Positions 39,931 to 53,805 of a stretch of DNA of 64,000 bases are shown piece after piece. The translations under genes and the position numbers were made by a program. This stretch comes from Antedon mediterranea (lineage: Eukaryota; Animalia; Echinodermata). How positions within the stretch are numbered: position 1 is the stretch's first letter; each line of letters starts with the position of its first letter. The DNA lies in NCBI RefSeq assembly GCF_964355755.1, contig NC_092677.1, positions 11,306,101-11,370,100 on the forward strand, given 5' to 3'. A model generated the notes under the pieces. It made no database searches. It was given only the letters and a program-made list of their open reading frames with translations, and had not been told where the DNA came from.

Positions 39931-42169
39931 CTAGAATCGATGTCACTCCATCACATCCACTCACAATGTTTGCAAGGCATCCTATACTCTTCATGCTCTA
40001 AGTACATTGTACCGGCATATCACCATGGATTGAGTAAAAAGAATAAGGTTACTCCATGCTATCGCACCAGGTTCTTGCTATTTTTAGCACTACCATTTGA
40101 TGTCATATTGCTAAAGAGCATTTTTTGTATGAAATTTGCAAATGTTTTGTTTTTAATGTAGTTGATTGTTAATCTTAGTGACTGCTCAATTTAAAACAAA
40201 ACTAAAAATTATTTACAATTCACAGATTCATAATAATTAGATTAATCAATCTGCATAGACAACTGGATCTTCTTTGAATTATAACATCTGTTCTTCATTG
40301 ATTCAAATTTGATTTTCTATCTTAATTAGTGATTCATAATTGAGTTTGTTCATTCAGAATTTTTGTTGAGTAATGTTATTACTACTGTGTATTCACAGGT
40401 GAATACTTGGTAATGTGACATTAAAATTTGTACAAATTAAAGTTGATAATTAACATGTAGGAATTAATTAGAAACTAATTCCTCCATATACATTATCTAT
40501 AATTATAATAGCACTAACACAAAATGTGTTACTCTTTCTCCTTCGGAAAGGCATCACAACTTATATAATGGCGTCGTTCGGGGGTTTTCAACGTTTAATT
40601 CACCTCTAGCCACTTGACAATGTCAGAATGGAAATTTTTTGCTTTCCTTGCCATGACTGAATGTTGCGTTTTGTAATTCTTGGCCATAATTACTACTAAT
40701 CAGGTCGCAGATACGTCATGATGACTTCACTAATTAGGTGGCGCTGGTCCAAAGTGTTGACTAATGCGCATTCCTATTTTTATCTACTATTTGTGGCGTG
40801 AAAAAATGTGCAACCAATCGGAACTCTGGATTTTTCAATCCGCACGAATATAGTTACTAATGGAAAATAGGCTTAGCGCCACTCATTATCTTTTGAACAA
40901 AACTTCAAAAAAGTATTATTAAATCTCATGATATGGCTACGATACTGTGTACCTGAGGAACCTGTAATCTCTCGCCCACTACATACTCTTAACCCACTAA
41001 ACGTGGAAGAAAGTAAAGTCAAATGCATGCCTAAAGTTGTAACACATCTTAAATGATACAATTGAAGAGGTATAAAATATCTAATACACACATACTTACA
41101 TTTTTACAGTAAACCTTAAAGTAAAAGGAAATGTGTAGTAAAATACTGAGACATCATATTACAGGTGAAGAAAGATTTTACACATATCACAAATTAAGTT
41201 TTATATGGATTTTATATCAATTGAGTCGGAAGACTCCTTAGATCTGTGGATATATGACCTCAATGCATTAGGCTAATGTCCGATTGTTAACGTATATATC
41301 GACACAGATTGAGTAAACATGTAAAAAATTTAACAAGCATTATGGTAATTCATAAACTTATACTGTTTTTCTTGTTTGGAATGATGACTAAAATTACATA
41401 CAGGAAAGGTGACCCAAGGCTTATAGAAGCTGTCTGGTGATTGGTCAATAGTTTCTTTTTGTCCCCAATCATTTTTGTTGTTGTAATAATTGGTAAACTA
41501 AACTTAAATGTAGAGGAAAGGTTTTTCTGAGGCTTATAGAAGCTGTCTGGTGATTGGTCAATAGTTTCATTTTGTCACTAATCTAGTGGCAGATACAAAC
41601 AGGATACAACATTGTACTGGGAATGTAGGTAGGAGGTTAAACATGAATGTTGTCTCAGTTCAATGTCTGATACAAGTTTTCTCCCAACTGAAAAATAGCA
41701 TTTATCAAAATTTTTACTTACATCAAGATAGTTCAGTAGTACTTAAGTGAAAACTGACCAAGCTAGTTTGTTTTATCTTGATCTAATGAAAAATAAAATG
41801 CTTAGATAGTTTGCTTTATAATTTTCACTAAAATTATTTATTTAAACCAATGTTTTATGGTGATATTTTCTGCTATTATTTGTTATTGTTTGATTAATCT
41901 GACTCCTGATTACCATATTTTGTGGTGTATAATTGAGTGCCATTGTAAAACTATGTGTGTGTTTATTTGTTGAAAGAATTTATGGACATTTACTTGGAAT
42001 TGTATAGACAATGCATAGTACCACCCATGTATTTGTTGCTAAAACTACTTATTGTGGGATTGTGTCCTATAAAACTTCAAATACAGATAGAAATCGTTGA
42101 ATTGATGAGTTTTATAATATATTAGTTATTTAAACATAATCAGTGGTTTTATATTTAATCTAATATTAA

Positions 42170-42471
42170 AGATGTATTGTCCCCCAAAAACATGAAAAAT
42201 GAATATTAATCTAACTTAGGTTATTTTGTAGTTTTAATCAAGTTAATCACCTCTATTAAAAAAAGAAAAAAAAATAATGTTTTCATTTATAAAATTTCAA
42301 AATAAAGGGTTAAATTCAGCTAGTTTGACTATTTTTTACTTACTGTTTTTTCAGGTAAATAAAAATTGTTTTGATCCAATTTTTGGTGAAAGTGGATAAC
42401 TATTATGTGACATTAAAATAGCTTATTCATAAAAAAAATGAAAATTATTTTTTCAGTGGGACAATACATCT
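42170..42471. mobile_element. MITE with TTAA TSD (Kolobok-like); an internal fragment recurs at ~2068-2160
   Basis: TTAA|AGATGTATTGTCCC ... GGGACAATACATCT|TTAA. TTTTCAGGTAAATAA...TATAACTATTATGTGACATTAAAAT is shared with 2068-2160. Confidence 0.8.
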
Positions 42472-43692
42472 TTAATGTATTTCTAAATGGAATTTTGTTT
42501 TACATCACCTCTTATATCCATATCACAGATTTAGTTAACGTAAGGCAAGCGAAATATCTGTAGGCTAGCAAACAAAATGCCAGTACAATGAAGATAGATA
42601 TTGTAAGCAGATAAATCATAATGACATAGGGGTTAGGGTGCATTGTATCTGGGGCTATGCTCCCCTTATTTGCTTTAACCTTTCCTACAATAATTGTTAA
42701 TTTAAATGAAGTATGTGTAATTGGGTCAAACATTCTGCAACAGCTAGTCTGCATTTCTTATAAAGCTAATTTGAATAGGCAGCGAATGTTTAATTTCTAG
42801 ACACCTTTTAAACAGAAACTGTAAGGAATAATAGGTTCATAAAATTACATGAATTGGAGTAATTGATATGACCTTATTTACTTAGTTTTTTAAATATATA
42901 AGGTGTGGATCCAGCAGTTTTAAATAAGTGGGTGGAGGGCTAATCATTTTGAAATGAGGTGTTGAACTGAACCTAATATTCTTTAAAAATAATTTTGTGA
43001 ATAAAAAAACAAATTTTAAACTCTTTTAAATAATTAGAAAAACTTTGTCCTGTCAGATTCTAAAAAAGAAAAGAAAATTATTAAGAGAGGAACAGACAAG
43101 ATTCATCATTCATCATGAATAATATACAGAGAATTAATAAATGATACATGTTAGATGTGTCATTAATAAACAGGGATAACAATTAAAGATTTGGGTACAT
43201 CCAAGTGAATGAGACAAAGCCGTCTATCTTAAAGGAGTTTAAATAGAGGATTTAGATATCTATTTATTGCCCATTCTTTTTAAATTGATTTTTATTGAAG
43301 ATGTGTCAGGACAAAAAATGAAACAAAAAAGGTGAAATAAACATAAACATTGTCATATACAGTAATAATATATCATTTACATAGTATCAATATATTACAT
43401 GGAGTCTCCTATTTTCTTTTGTGTATGCAGTTATGTGTGTATGAGCCTATATGAAATCCTGTATATTTATATAATGTAAATTTGGTGTATTGCCTTTGTG
43501 AAGGTTAAGCATGTATTTAGAACGGGATTTAAAATTAAGGAAGGTTAGAGTTCTTGTAGATTTTTGTCTTACCTGTTAAGAAAGTTTTAATTTCAGTATT
43601 GTCAATAGCCCTTTCTGTCTACATTAATTTATTAATATGATATTAAATTCAATTGAGTCGTACATATTACTTACGCCAATTATATACCTATA

Positions 43693-43877
43693 CAGTCAAC
43701 TCTTCCAATACTGGACACGCTGGAAATAATTATTCTCTGGTTTTCTGGAGTCTGGTGTTCAGAATGTGTTTTTAATGTAAAAATGTATTGGGAACCTTTT
43801 GCGACCTCGAGAAAAGTTTGGTTTTGGGAGAGTTTCTGGTTTTCAGAGACTGAGTCTGGTATTGGGAGAGTTGACTG
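43693..43877. mobile_element. Tc1/mariner (pogo/Tigger-type) MITE with TA TSD
   Basis: TA|CAGTCAACTCTTCCAATACTGGAC ... GTCTGGTATTGGGAGAGTTGACTG|TA. Confidence 0.85.
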
Positions 43878-45179
43878 TAGGCCTAGTAATAATTATTGTA
43901 TATTGACTTGTCTAATAGTCTAGCTTGTCTAATATTCTGAGTGATTCATACAATAGAACTTTATTATAAAGTCTGTAGAGGGAGTTTAGCTTGTAAAATC
44001 AGTAGTTTGTAAATGCTAACCATCAAGAAGTCACCAGTGATTGCACAGCTATTGAAAATTATCAGAAAGTTGTTTAAACAATCAACGAAAATTGTGCCAT
44101 TAAAAACATTCTTTAATGTTGTCTACAAAATTTCATTTGCAGTAATAATTTTATAACCACCGAGCAGTATTTATTATAATAATTGTCATCCTGTTGATGC
44201 AGTACGCGGTACTAGTACGCGGTACTAGTACGCGGTACTCGAATGGGCTCGAATCTAACCCTAGACATATCAGCGCAAGCTTGGTGGTCAAGATATGAAT
44301 GTCATAGTGATCTTGAGGTTGTGAGGCTGAGTCTCAGCGGAGAGTGTTCTCAATGTACTATTACTACATTGTATAATGTACAATTTAAGTCTGATTAGGG
44401 TAAAGCATCTGACCAACCACATCTCTCATACCATGTTTCTGGTGTGCAGCTTGTTATAATGATGATGAAACTAACATACTGACCTCAGATGTATATTTTT
44501 ATTTTGCAGATAATACAAAAAAAAAACCCAAAATGTAGAACTTTTGCTGGATTGACTAAATTGTGCCAACACACTAAAATTGAAGATGGTAAAATGAATG
44601 ACTTATATTTACAACACATTGTCTCTATTAAAGCATCAATCAGCTAGCAGATACACTCAAATACACATTATTATCTTTATCTTTGATTAATGAATTCCCT
44701 TTTACCTAGACATTTTAATTACTCAAACAGATTCTGTTCTTGAATTTTAGTACTATCATGGCCTTCCTGCTAAATTATATAGATATGTTTTTATTATAAT
44801 AATCACCACCGCATCACCATCAATAATGACCGCATATGTAAACATGTCAAATATTCTCACATCTGCATTTTTGTAGAATATACATAGATAAATCATACTT
44901 ATATATATAAATATTTATATAACGTTGCAACATAATTATTGAAGTAATTTATTACTTCTTCTTTGAGATCTTAACAAATGCTATTCTATCCCAAGACCTT
45001 GCAATGGCCTAATTTACAATAATTTTTTTAAATTAAATATCCTTCTCTTTTTCCAACTTCATCTTTTTCCAACTTCATCTTTAAGTTGAAACTGTTCTTA
45101 TTTGGTCAAATTAAGTATACATACATTTGAATAAAATTCCACCCCTAATAAACCCAGTTAGTACAGACACAAGATTCCA

Positions 45180-46662
45180 GTATGTTGGTTAACTCTGGAT
45201 TGTACTTGTTTAACTCTGAACTTGGTTAACACTAGACTGTACCTGGTTAACACTGGACTGCACCTGGTTAACACTGGACTGTACCTGGTTAACACTGGAC
45301 TGTACCTGGTTAACTCATGGACTGTACCTGGTTAACTCATGGACTGTACTTTGTTAACACTGGACTGTATTTGGTTAACTCTAGACTGTACTTGGTTTAC
45401 TCATGGACTGTACTTGGTTAACACTGGACTGTATGTACATGGTTAACACTGGACTGTACCTAGTTAACACTGGACTGTACCTGGTTAACACTGGACTGCT
45501 CCAGGTTAACACTGGACTGTACCTGGTTAACTCATGTACTGTACCTTGTTAACTCATGGACTGTACCTGGTTAACTAATATACTGTACTTGGTTAACTCT
45601 GGATTGTACTTGTTTAACTCTGTACTGTACTTGATTAACTCTGGACTGTACTTCATTTAACTTTGGACTGTACCTGGGTAACTGTGGACTGTACTTTGCT
45701 AACTTTTAACTGCACTTTATTAACTCTGGACTGTACTTGGTTAACTCTGAACTGCATTTGATTAACTTTTGACTGTACTTGGTTAACTATGGACTGTACT
45801 TGATTAACTTTTAACTGCACTTTATTAACTCTGGACTGTACTTGGTTAACTCTGAACTGCATGTGATTAACTTTTGACTGTACTTGGTTAACTATGGACT
45901 GTACTTGATTAACTCTGAACTGCATTTGATTAACTTTTGACTGTACTTGGTTAACTATGGACTGTACTTGATTAACTTTTAACTGCACTTTATTAACTCT
46001 GGACTGTACTTGGTTAACTCTGAACTGCATTTGATTAACTTTTGACTGTACTTGGTTTACTATGGACTGTACTTGGTTAACTTTTAACTGTACTTGGTTA
46101 ACTCTGGACTGTACTTGGTTAAATCTGGACTGTACTTGGTTAACTGCACTGTATTAGCTCTTGACTGTACTTGGTTAACTATGTACTGTACTTGGTTAAC
46201 TTTTAACTGCACTGTATTAGTTCTGGACTGTACTTGGTTAACTCTGGACTTGGTTAATTTTTTACTGTACTTGGTTAACTCTGGACTGTACTTGGTTAAA
46301 TCTGGACTGTACTTGGTTAACTGCACTGTATTAGCTCTTGACTGTACTTGGTTAACTATGTACTGTACTTGGTTAACTATGGACTGTACTTGGTTAACTC
46401 TTAACTGCATTTGATTAACTTTTGACTGTACTTGGTTTACTATGGACTGTACTTGGTTAACTTTTAACTGTACTTGGTTAACTCTGGACTGTACTTGGTT
46501 AAATCTGGACTGTACTTGGTTAACTGCACTGTATTAGCTCTTGACTGTACTTGGTTAACTATGTACTGTACTTGGTTAACTTTTAACTGCACTGTATTAG
46601 TTCTGGACTGTACTTGGTTAACTCTGGACTTGGTTAATTTTTTACTGTACTTGGTTAACTTT
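45180..46662. repeat. 21-bp minisatellite, about 70 copies, with higher-order blocks
   Basis: Unit CTGGACTGTACTTGGTTAACT. Identical blocks recur 380 bp apart (46094/46474) and 177 bp apart (46094/46271). Confidence 0.97.
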
Positions 46663-49600
46663 TATAATACTATATTACATAAATTATAAAATTACAAAAG
46701 ATGTTTTAAAGAAATAAGATCAATCTAATTTAAAATACCGTTTTGTGTTGAGATTTTCTTCTGCGACGTACAAAGAATTGACAAACTGAATAATACACTG
46801 TAAAGCTTATACATAATCTACATTGTGCTTTTGTGTTTGCAGAATTATTTGTTGATCAGATTAACCTAACTAATGAATTAAACTTGTAAATGTTGAATGC
46901 TGGAGAAAAAAATGTAGGTCGGATTTTTGCTTTCTTTTGTATCTAAAATTATTGAATGTTGCATTCACTGTAATGAATGTCCCAATTCAAAAACAAAATT
47001 AATTTAACATCTACACAATAACATTCAAAAGCTCTTTAGAATTATGATTTAATATCACAATGAATGTGATTTATTACAATTTTAATTTTGTTTTTACACA
47101 TTTTTTCTTTCGAACAATCATAATATGCAATCTTTTAATCATAATCGGTCATGTCTAAGCAAAATTTTGTAAATTTATTCGATTAAAAAAATTGCTATAT
47201 AATAGAAATGAGTGGCTATACATCATGTTAAATGTAAAGAAAAAAAGATGAAAATATATGTTTTTACAAAAATCTGGAGACAAGCTTGAAGAAACTGATT
47301 TATGAGTTAGGTTGTAGATGAGATTATTTCTGTTATAGTCAGAATGATTGAATGGGTTTTGTATCATATTTTATGCGAGATTAATTTTTCTATGATATAT
47401 GTCTGAAATAACAGGAAATCTATTGTTGTGGACGGAGTTGTTGATTGATTTTACCTAGCACTCCATACCATCTTGTTGGTAACGTTTGCATATTAAACAA
47501 CCATTTCTTTTCAACTTCTTCATTTAGTTATATCCCATTAAAGCTTTATTTTCTACAGAATAGATTTACGCTAATCTCTACATTCTATTTTAGAAACAAT
47601 TAGCAATATGATTAAATATAAATGTATTGTTGTTGTTTAATAATGGAGTTTAATGCCCCTTACTGGCATAAACTAGGCATGTTACAGTTTTATTTTATGA
47701 TTTTCTATTATGATTGCGGATGAATGACATCACCTTGTATGCATCCTCATAAACACCAGGTGTTTAACTAATACATACTTTATATAATGTATGTCATAAT
47801 ATAATACTATATTATCACCCATTATTTACTATAGTACAATTGTGTCAAAAGGGGTGACCAAAAGTGTATTAATGTAGATAATGACATTTAGATTTAAGAG
47901 TATAATAAATCGTTATTTGTAAAATGTCTGTGTTTATTTTAATAAATATTAGATAATTGTAATAATAATCTAAATGCTGTTTAAATATTGTGGCACAACT
48001 GCTATAGCACAATGTACCACTGTGGATTGGGTTTAGGAGTATATTGTAAATTTTCTGGGTTTATTTTTTAGGGTCATTAATAAATATTAAATAAAAATAA
48101 TAATAGGAATATAAATAAATTTGGTTTTCTTAAAACACCATGGTGACGTTTTTTTAAAATTTTCTTTGAAAATAATAAGGATAACAATAAAATGATAATA
48201 TACAAATACTGTGACACATTGTTTAACAGCCCTACTATCCATGGGATACTACTAAAAGGGACACTTTCCAATGAGTGGCAATATACATTGTAAAACTACC
48301 GCTAACCTCTATAGGGACACTTTATGGTTCCAAAAGTTGTCCCCTTATTAGAGGTTGTTTTATAATGGAAACTAATTTATGTTTTAATTATTCATTTAAT
48401 TGGATCTTCTGGAATCAGATGATTTAACTGTAGTTTTCTTGTTATAGATTTAAAAAATAAAAATAAATATCAGAAGATGTATCAGAGATAGACTTTAAAA
48501 GCTTACCGTTAAACAAACAGTCTTTAGTAATTAAATATAATACATCATAAGTGATGTGAATTTTTTATTTTTTTTTTTCACATTATGATCTGAAAATGAA
48601 TGACTTGATAACATGTGTTATGTATCAAATTGTAATTCCATTTGCAGATATCATAAAGTGTTACTTATTGAGAACTCATGTATATTCCATTAGAAGATAT
48701 TCATAAAACATCAATATTTCTTTATTCTTGGTCATATCTTTAAATGCACTGATAGGCAGTCTATTGCCCTAGGCTATATATTGCTGAATATTAGGTTCCG
48801 TTCTCATCAATTATATAAATACATCCTTTGATGATATTCCAATATTGCAATTTTCATACTCATAGCATATTTGTGTTAGAATACATTAAATAAAGCTATT
48901 TAGCCCATGGCTGTGTTTAGCAGTGCACATAAATTCCTTCCAACGTTGTCGGTTAGATTTAACGTCCTTTGTGGAAATTCTTGATAGATAATACTCATAA
49001 ATGGTATTATAAATGGGAGGTGCATTAAGCCGGTAAGAGTTTGGTCTTATGAAATATTTGATTATCATTAGGCAGATATAGCGAATAGCGCAAATTTCTG
49101 TAAATATAACATCATTGGTTATTATTGATATAAAGCAGAGCATCTGTTAAAATCTGATTCTTTCACTTCAACCAATTACTTTTTTTCGCCTTTTGATGCA
49201 TCTTACAAAATAATGTATTCGTAATAAATAGGTCTAATGATTATAGTAAAACCTCTATTAAAGGGACACCTTCAGCATCCAATAATGCATGCATCCCCTT
49301 AATATGGGTATCCCCAGGGTCTCCTCTAAATGATTGGCCCTATGTTAAAACAATCCGAAGGGAGAGGCTCTCTGTAACAGATGCAATTTTAAATAATTAC
49401 TTTTATACAATTATGTAATATTAAAGTACTGTAGTATATTATTACATTTATATTAAATATTAAACATATTTACAGTAAATGATGAACGAATAATAATTTA
49501 TATTATATAACACCTGAATAAATTCCTATCATTTGATTGGACGATTGTGGATCACATGGCGTGCAATAGTACGCACTATTAAACGATCGTTTAATAGTAC

Positions 49601-52600
49601 TTTTTAAACATTTTTGTGTACGAAAAAAAAACGTTTCGCGGATAAAAAAAAATCGCGCCTCGTTGATAATTTACCTTTCATCATTCACCTCATGCCATTA
49701 TTTTACCATTACACTCATAAACATTCATTATTTTTATACTATTATATATTTATTAATAAGCCAATGTAATACAATGGTTCTTTTTAGAAGTGGGTCGGAT
49801 CCGAAACCTTTTCTGATTTTAATTACCGCGAAGCTTGAGTTGTTTATTTGTAGTTGCTCTCATGGTTTTCATTATATCGTGGTGTAAACTTTGATGTTTT
49901 TTATTTTGTTTAGATTTAATTAGCTTGTCCTTTATGAACTCTAAAATCAATAACTCTTTCCCGTTTACGCAACACTAAATATTCGGTCAGCATAATAACG
50001 CAAAATATTTCAATTATTAATGTTAATTCATCATCGTCATTTCATTAAATGTCCAGATGCTCCCATAAATTGACCATAAACACGCAGCAACGTAATAAAT
50101 ATACTTTTTAACTATTGTTGTTGAAATCAAATAAAAATGTACTTCACATCAATAATACCTTATCAATAAATTGTTTATATTCCATTTATAACATAAATAT
50201 TTATGTAAATTAATTTACAGATTAAATTAATGTTTACGGAGACAAGATAGGATGCTTTGTTCTAAGGTCGCCATAAACTAAATATCGCAAATTATTTAGA
50301 CGTTAATTATAATTGTTTCTTACTGGGATTCAACACAATCGCGTACGCGCGTAACCACGTAATTTGACCAATCACAAGCGAAACATTTAGGATGGTTTAT
50401 ATAGTGCGTTTAACAATCAACACATTGTCCCGCTTCAAATAACAAATAAAGATGGAAGAAAAACATTGATTGAATTATAAATAACAAAAAATAGTCGGCT
50501 TATACAGTTTTAAAATAAGTTTTGTAATAGCGTTGAGTCAAATTTTACGTTTTTAGTTCATAATCAAATATGAAAAATGTTTTAGTTTCAGTTTTTATTT
50601 TCCATTGTTTAGGCCCCTAAATGTTGTAGTTTGTATGGACGCATGTGTGCCACTGTTAAAAAAAGTGTTGTTCCAAATAAATATTATTATTATTACAGTA
50701 AGTTCAATGAATTCAATTATATATAAACACAATTATTATTGGTCTAGTTATTTTAGTCATAATGTGGATCAAACGATAAAGTTCAAAGTTCAATGTTCGT
50801 TAGTTAGTTACAATTACAGATGCAACATCAGCAGCTAAACCTGGATGTCTAGGCCTTATTGAGGAGGAAGATTTACCACATTCAGTTCAACTTATAATAA
50901 CAATTTAATTACATTCATTCGGATTTTAACCTTGTCAATTATTTTATTCATTTAGCCTAGTCCTACATGAACATTCGCTTATAATATTTATGTTTTCAAT
51001 TGTGTATCTAGAGTAGGCTACTAAAGTGATAGATGATTTTTGAAAAGAATTAGGCCTACGGGAAAAAAAGAGATTATTTTTTTACGAAAAATATGTATTC
51101 CCACTAGTCTGCTATAAAAGTAAGGTACTACAATATTACCAGTCTTTTGGGATACCCCTATTAGGGTAGGCCTACACATTCAGAGTACACCTCAGAGTAC
51201 ACCTATTATAGGGACACTTGCCCGTGCAACGACCCTATTAAGGGGACTTAACGATTTTTTCGGCCAATCTTTGGCCCTATTGTTTTGTTGAGTCCTGGAG
51301 GTGTTCCCTCAATAGGAGTTCTACTGTCATACAAACAACAGAGAAAACAATAAAATATAATTTCATTTTTATATATTCAGCCTGAATATCAATTTAATTT
51401 GTTTTTTAATTGCCAATAACATCCGGGAAACGTAAACTTGTTCTTTTTTTTTATGTCTTGAAAATTAAGGCCTACAGTAAATTGTCTGCTTTATTATACA
51501 AGTAATACCGTACTCTCTCAGTTGCTGATATTTCTAGAATTACTAACTAAATGTTGTAATTGTATATATGAACGGATACGCATTCATTATTAATAGCAGA
51601 TGATGTGTTTTAATGATGCAAACCTATTCACAAGCACAGCTAATTCAAAATCTACAAGAGGAAGAGACATAATATCTGTGTTGTTTTTAATCTTCCATCA
51701 ATGCCACCTTGGTGCCGATATACGGATTTAATTACCGCTCAACAAAAAATGAAGTCTCTCCACGTCTCAACGAATACAGCACACGCACATAGATAATAAT
51801 AACTGCGATAAAATGCAAATAGAGAATGTTAATATTAATTAAATTGTACGTCTTATAACAATTTACTTTTATTATGTTATATATTTTTGTAAAACAAGTT
51901 TAACGAATTCTACGCGTTTCAAAAACAGCCTGGCGCGTTTCAAAAACAGCATGACGCGTTTCGGACATTTTTATGACGAAATGACGAAACGTTTTCACCC
52001 TATATTTTTTTTACCGAATTTCATGGTGACGGAGTAACGGGAGGGAAAACACACTCGGTGTGGTGGAAAGTAACGAGTGGTCAAAAAATAAATAAGAAGA
52101 AATACGAATAATGTATCAACTTTCCATAATGTCCACCCGAACATACTCGTCTATGTCTTAAGTAACCTGTCGCTACACCTCTACGTATTTCTCTACCAGG
52201 GTCTAAATTCCATCGAATCGATTCAAATGGATTACTATAATACTAAAACAATACAATGTTTCGTAAAAATGTTCTTTTAATGTAATGGCGTCATATAGCC
52301 TGTTAATGGCCTACATTTGGTCCGAATTCAAATAGCATAACTCAAATAAAACAAGTGAAGATGAAGGCAGATTCATCAATCCGGAGAAATTTACAATATT
52401 TAATGACAGTTTGGCCGATAAAATCTGTTACACGTAGACTTTTGTCTCCGTTGGGGAAAAAGAACATTACAATTACCACCAATAAAATGATTATAAATTA
52501 AAACGATGAAATTTGAATTTAACTACAAAAAGTTTTCTCCTTACTACTACTCTTTTATTCTATAGTATTAATTTTCTGATGTAATACTGGTGATTAAACT

Positions 52601-52761
52601 AATACAAGAAACAAGTACCGTTTAACAGTGAGTTTATATGACACTTTGATGGCATGACAAGTCTTCCCTCCCCCAGCCTCCCATCCGGAGCCTTTTTCAA
52701 ATAATGATACAACATTCCCAGTATACAATCTCGGTAATTGGCGCGATGCCCTTTCACATAA

Positions 52762-52907
52762 AGCTTGGTTCCCAATAGAGACGCAACGCAAGGACGTAGA
52801 CGCAACGCGAGCGAATTGACCAATGACAAGCGACCGTTCGAATAATCTGTTGCTTGTGATTGGTCAAATAACTTACGTTGCGTTACGTTCCTAGTGAGAA
52901 CCAAGCT
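52762..52907. mobile_element. Palindromic PIF/Harbinger-like MITE (family B) with TAA TSD; degenerate relatives at ~50355-50382 and ~56728-56950
   Basis: TAA|AGCTTGGTTCCCAATAGAGACGCAACG...TTGACCAATGACAAGCGAC...GTTGCTTGTGATTGGTCAA...CGTTACGTTCCTAGTGAGAACCAAGCT|TAA. Confidence 0.85.
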
Positions 52908-53607
52908 TAAGGGGCGCGACTTACCAGAGGCTTAATACCCCATGCGTGTAATGGCAAAAAAACAACGTGCAAGCGCAGTCTAAGTTAGGAAATGTGAAGA
53001 CAAGTATTTTAGCCGCCAAGATGGCGGATAATTTTCACATTTATAAGTTTCAAAACATTCTCAATAGAGCCTTACTATATTTTGCGGTCATTTTGATACG
53101 CCATGTGAAATAACAAAGAAACGTATCAATTATTTATAATATCGATGTTCAAAATTGTTTATCTTTTTTTTTTACATTTGAATAATTAGCGATAATTTAC
53201 CTAAAAATAACATTTCTTATATCAAATTTACCCTTTCGTTTACTAACGGTCGGAATCAGTTTTAATGGATTTGTTATTGCTTTTTAGCTCCAAATATTGT
53301 ACTTCGCTTGGAATAAATAAACAATTAAGAACCAGCAAATCCAATTATACTGTTGCCGAAATACCACAGGCACTAGTGGTCAAATTGCAACGTTTTTGAT
53401 TTGATGTTTTTAAAGATTTAATGCAATTCTTTTCTCTTTAAAAAGAGGAAAGGATTGCATTAAATCGGAAAAAAGTTGATATATCAGAGTCTGATATTTA
53501 TAAATTGTAATTCCTCTAGGTCTACAATTTGTTTAAATATATTAAAGGGAGTTTGTCTTCTTTTATAAAAACTTTCATTTTCACTAGCTGCGTCTGAGAT
53601 ATAGTTT

Positions 53608-53805
53608 TAGTTCTAGTTGTCCCATGACCCAGAGGATCGTAGGGGCGTAGCAGATGCGATGCAGTGAGCTAGGCCTAGTTGTAGTTCTAGTTGTCCCATG
53701 ACCCAGAGGATCGTAGGGGCGTAGCAGATGCGATGCAGTGAGCTAGGCCTAGTTGTAGTTCTAGTTGTCCCATGACCTAGAGGATCGTAGGGGCGTATCA
53801 GATGC
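53608..53805. repeat. 74-bp tandem repeat, about 2.6 copies
   Basis: TTCTAGTTGTCCCATGACC at 53611, 53685 and 53759. Confidence 0.95.

Noticed and set aside
45653-46689. Coiled-coil-like repeat ORFs
   Set aside because: Products of the 21-bp minisatellite with frequent frameshifting units
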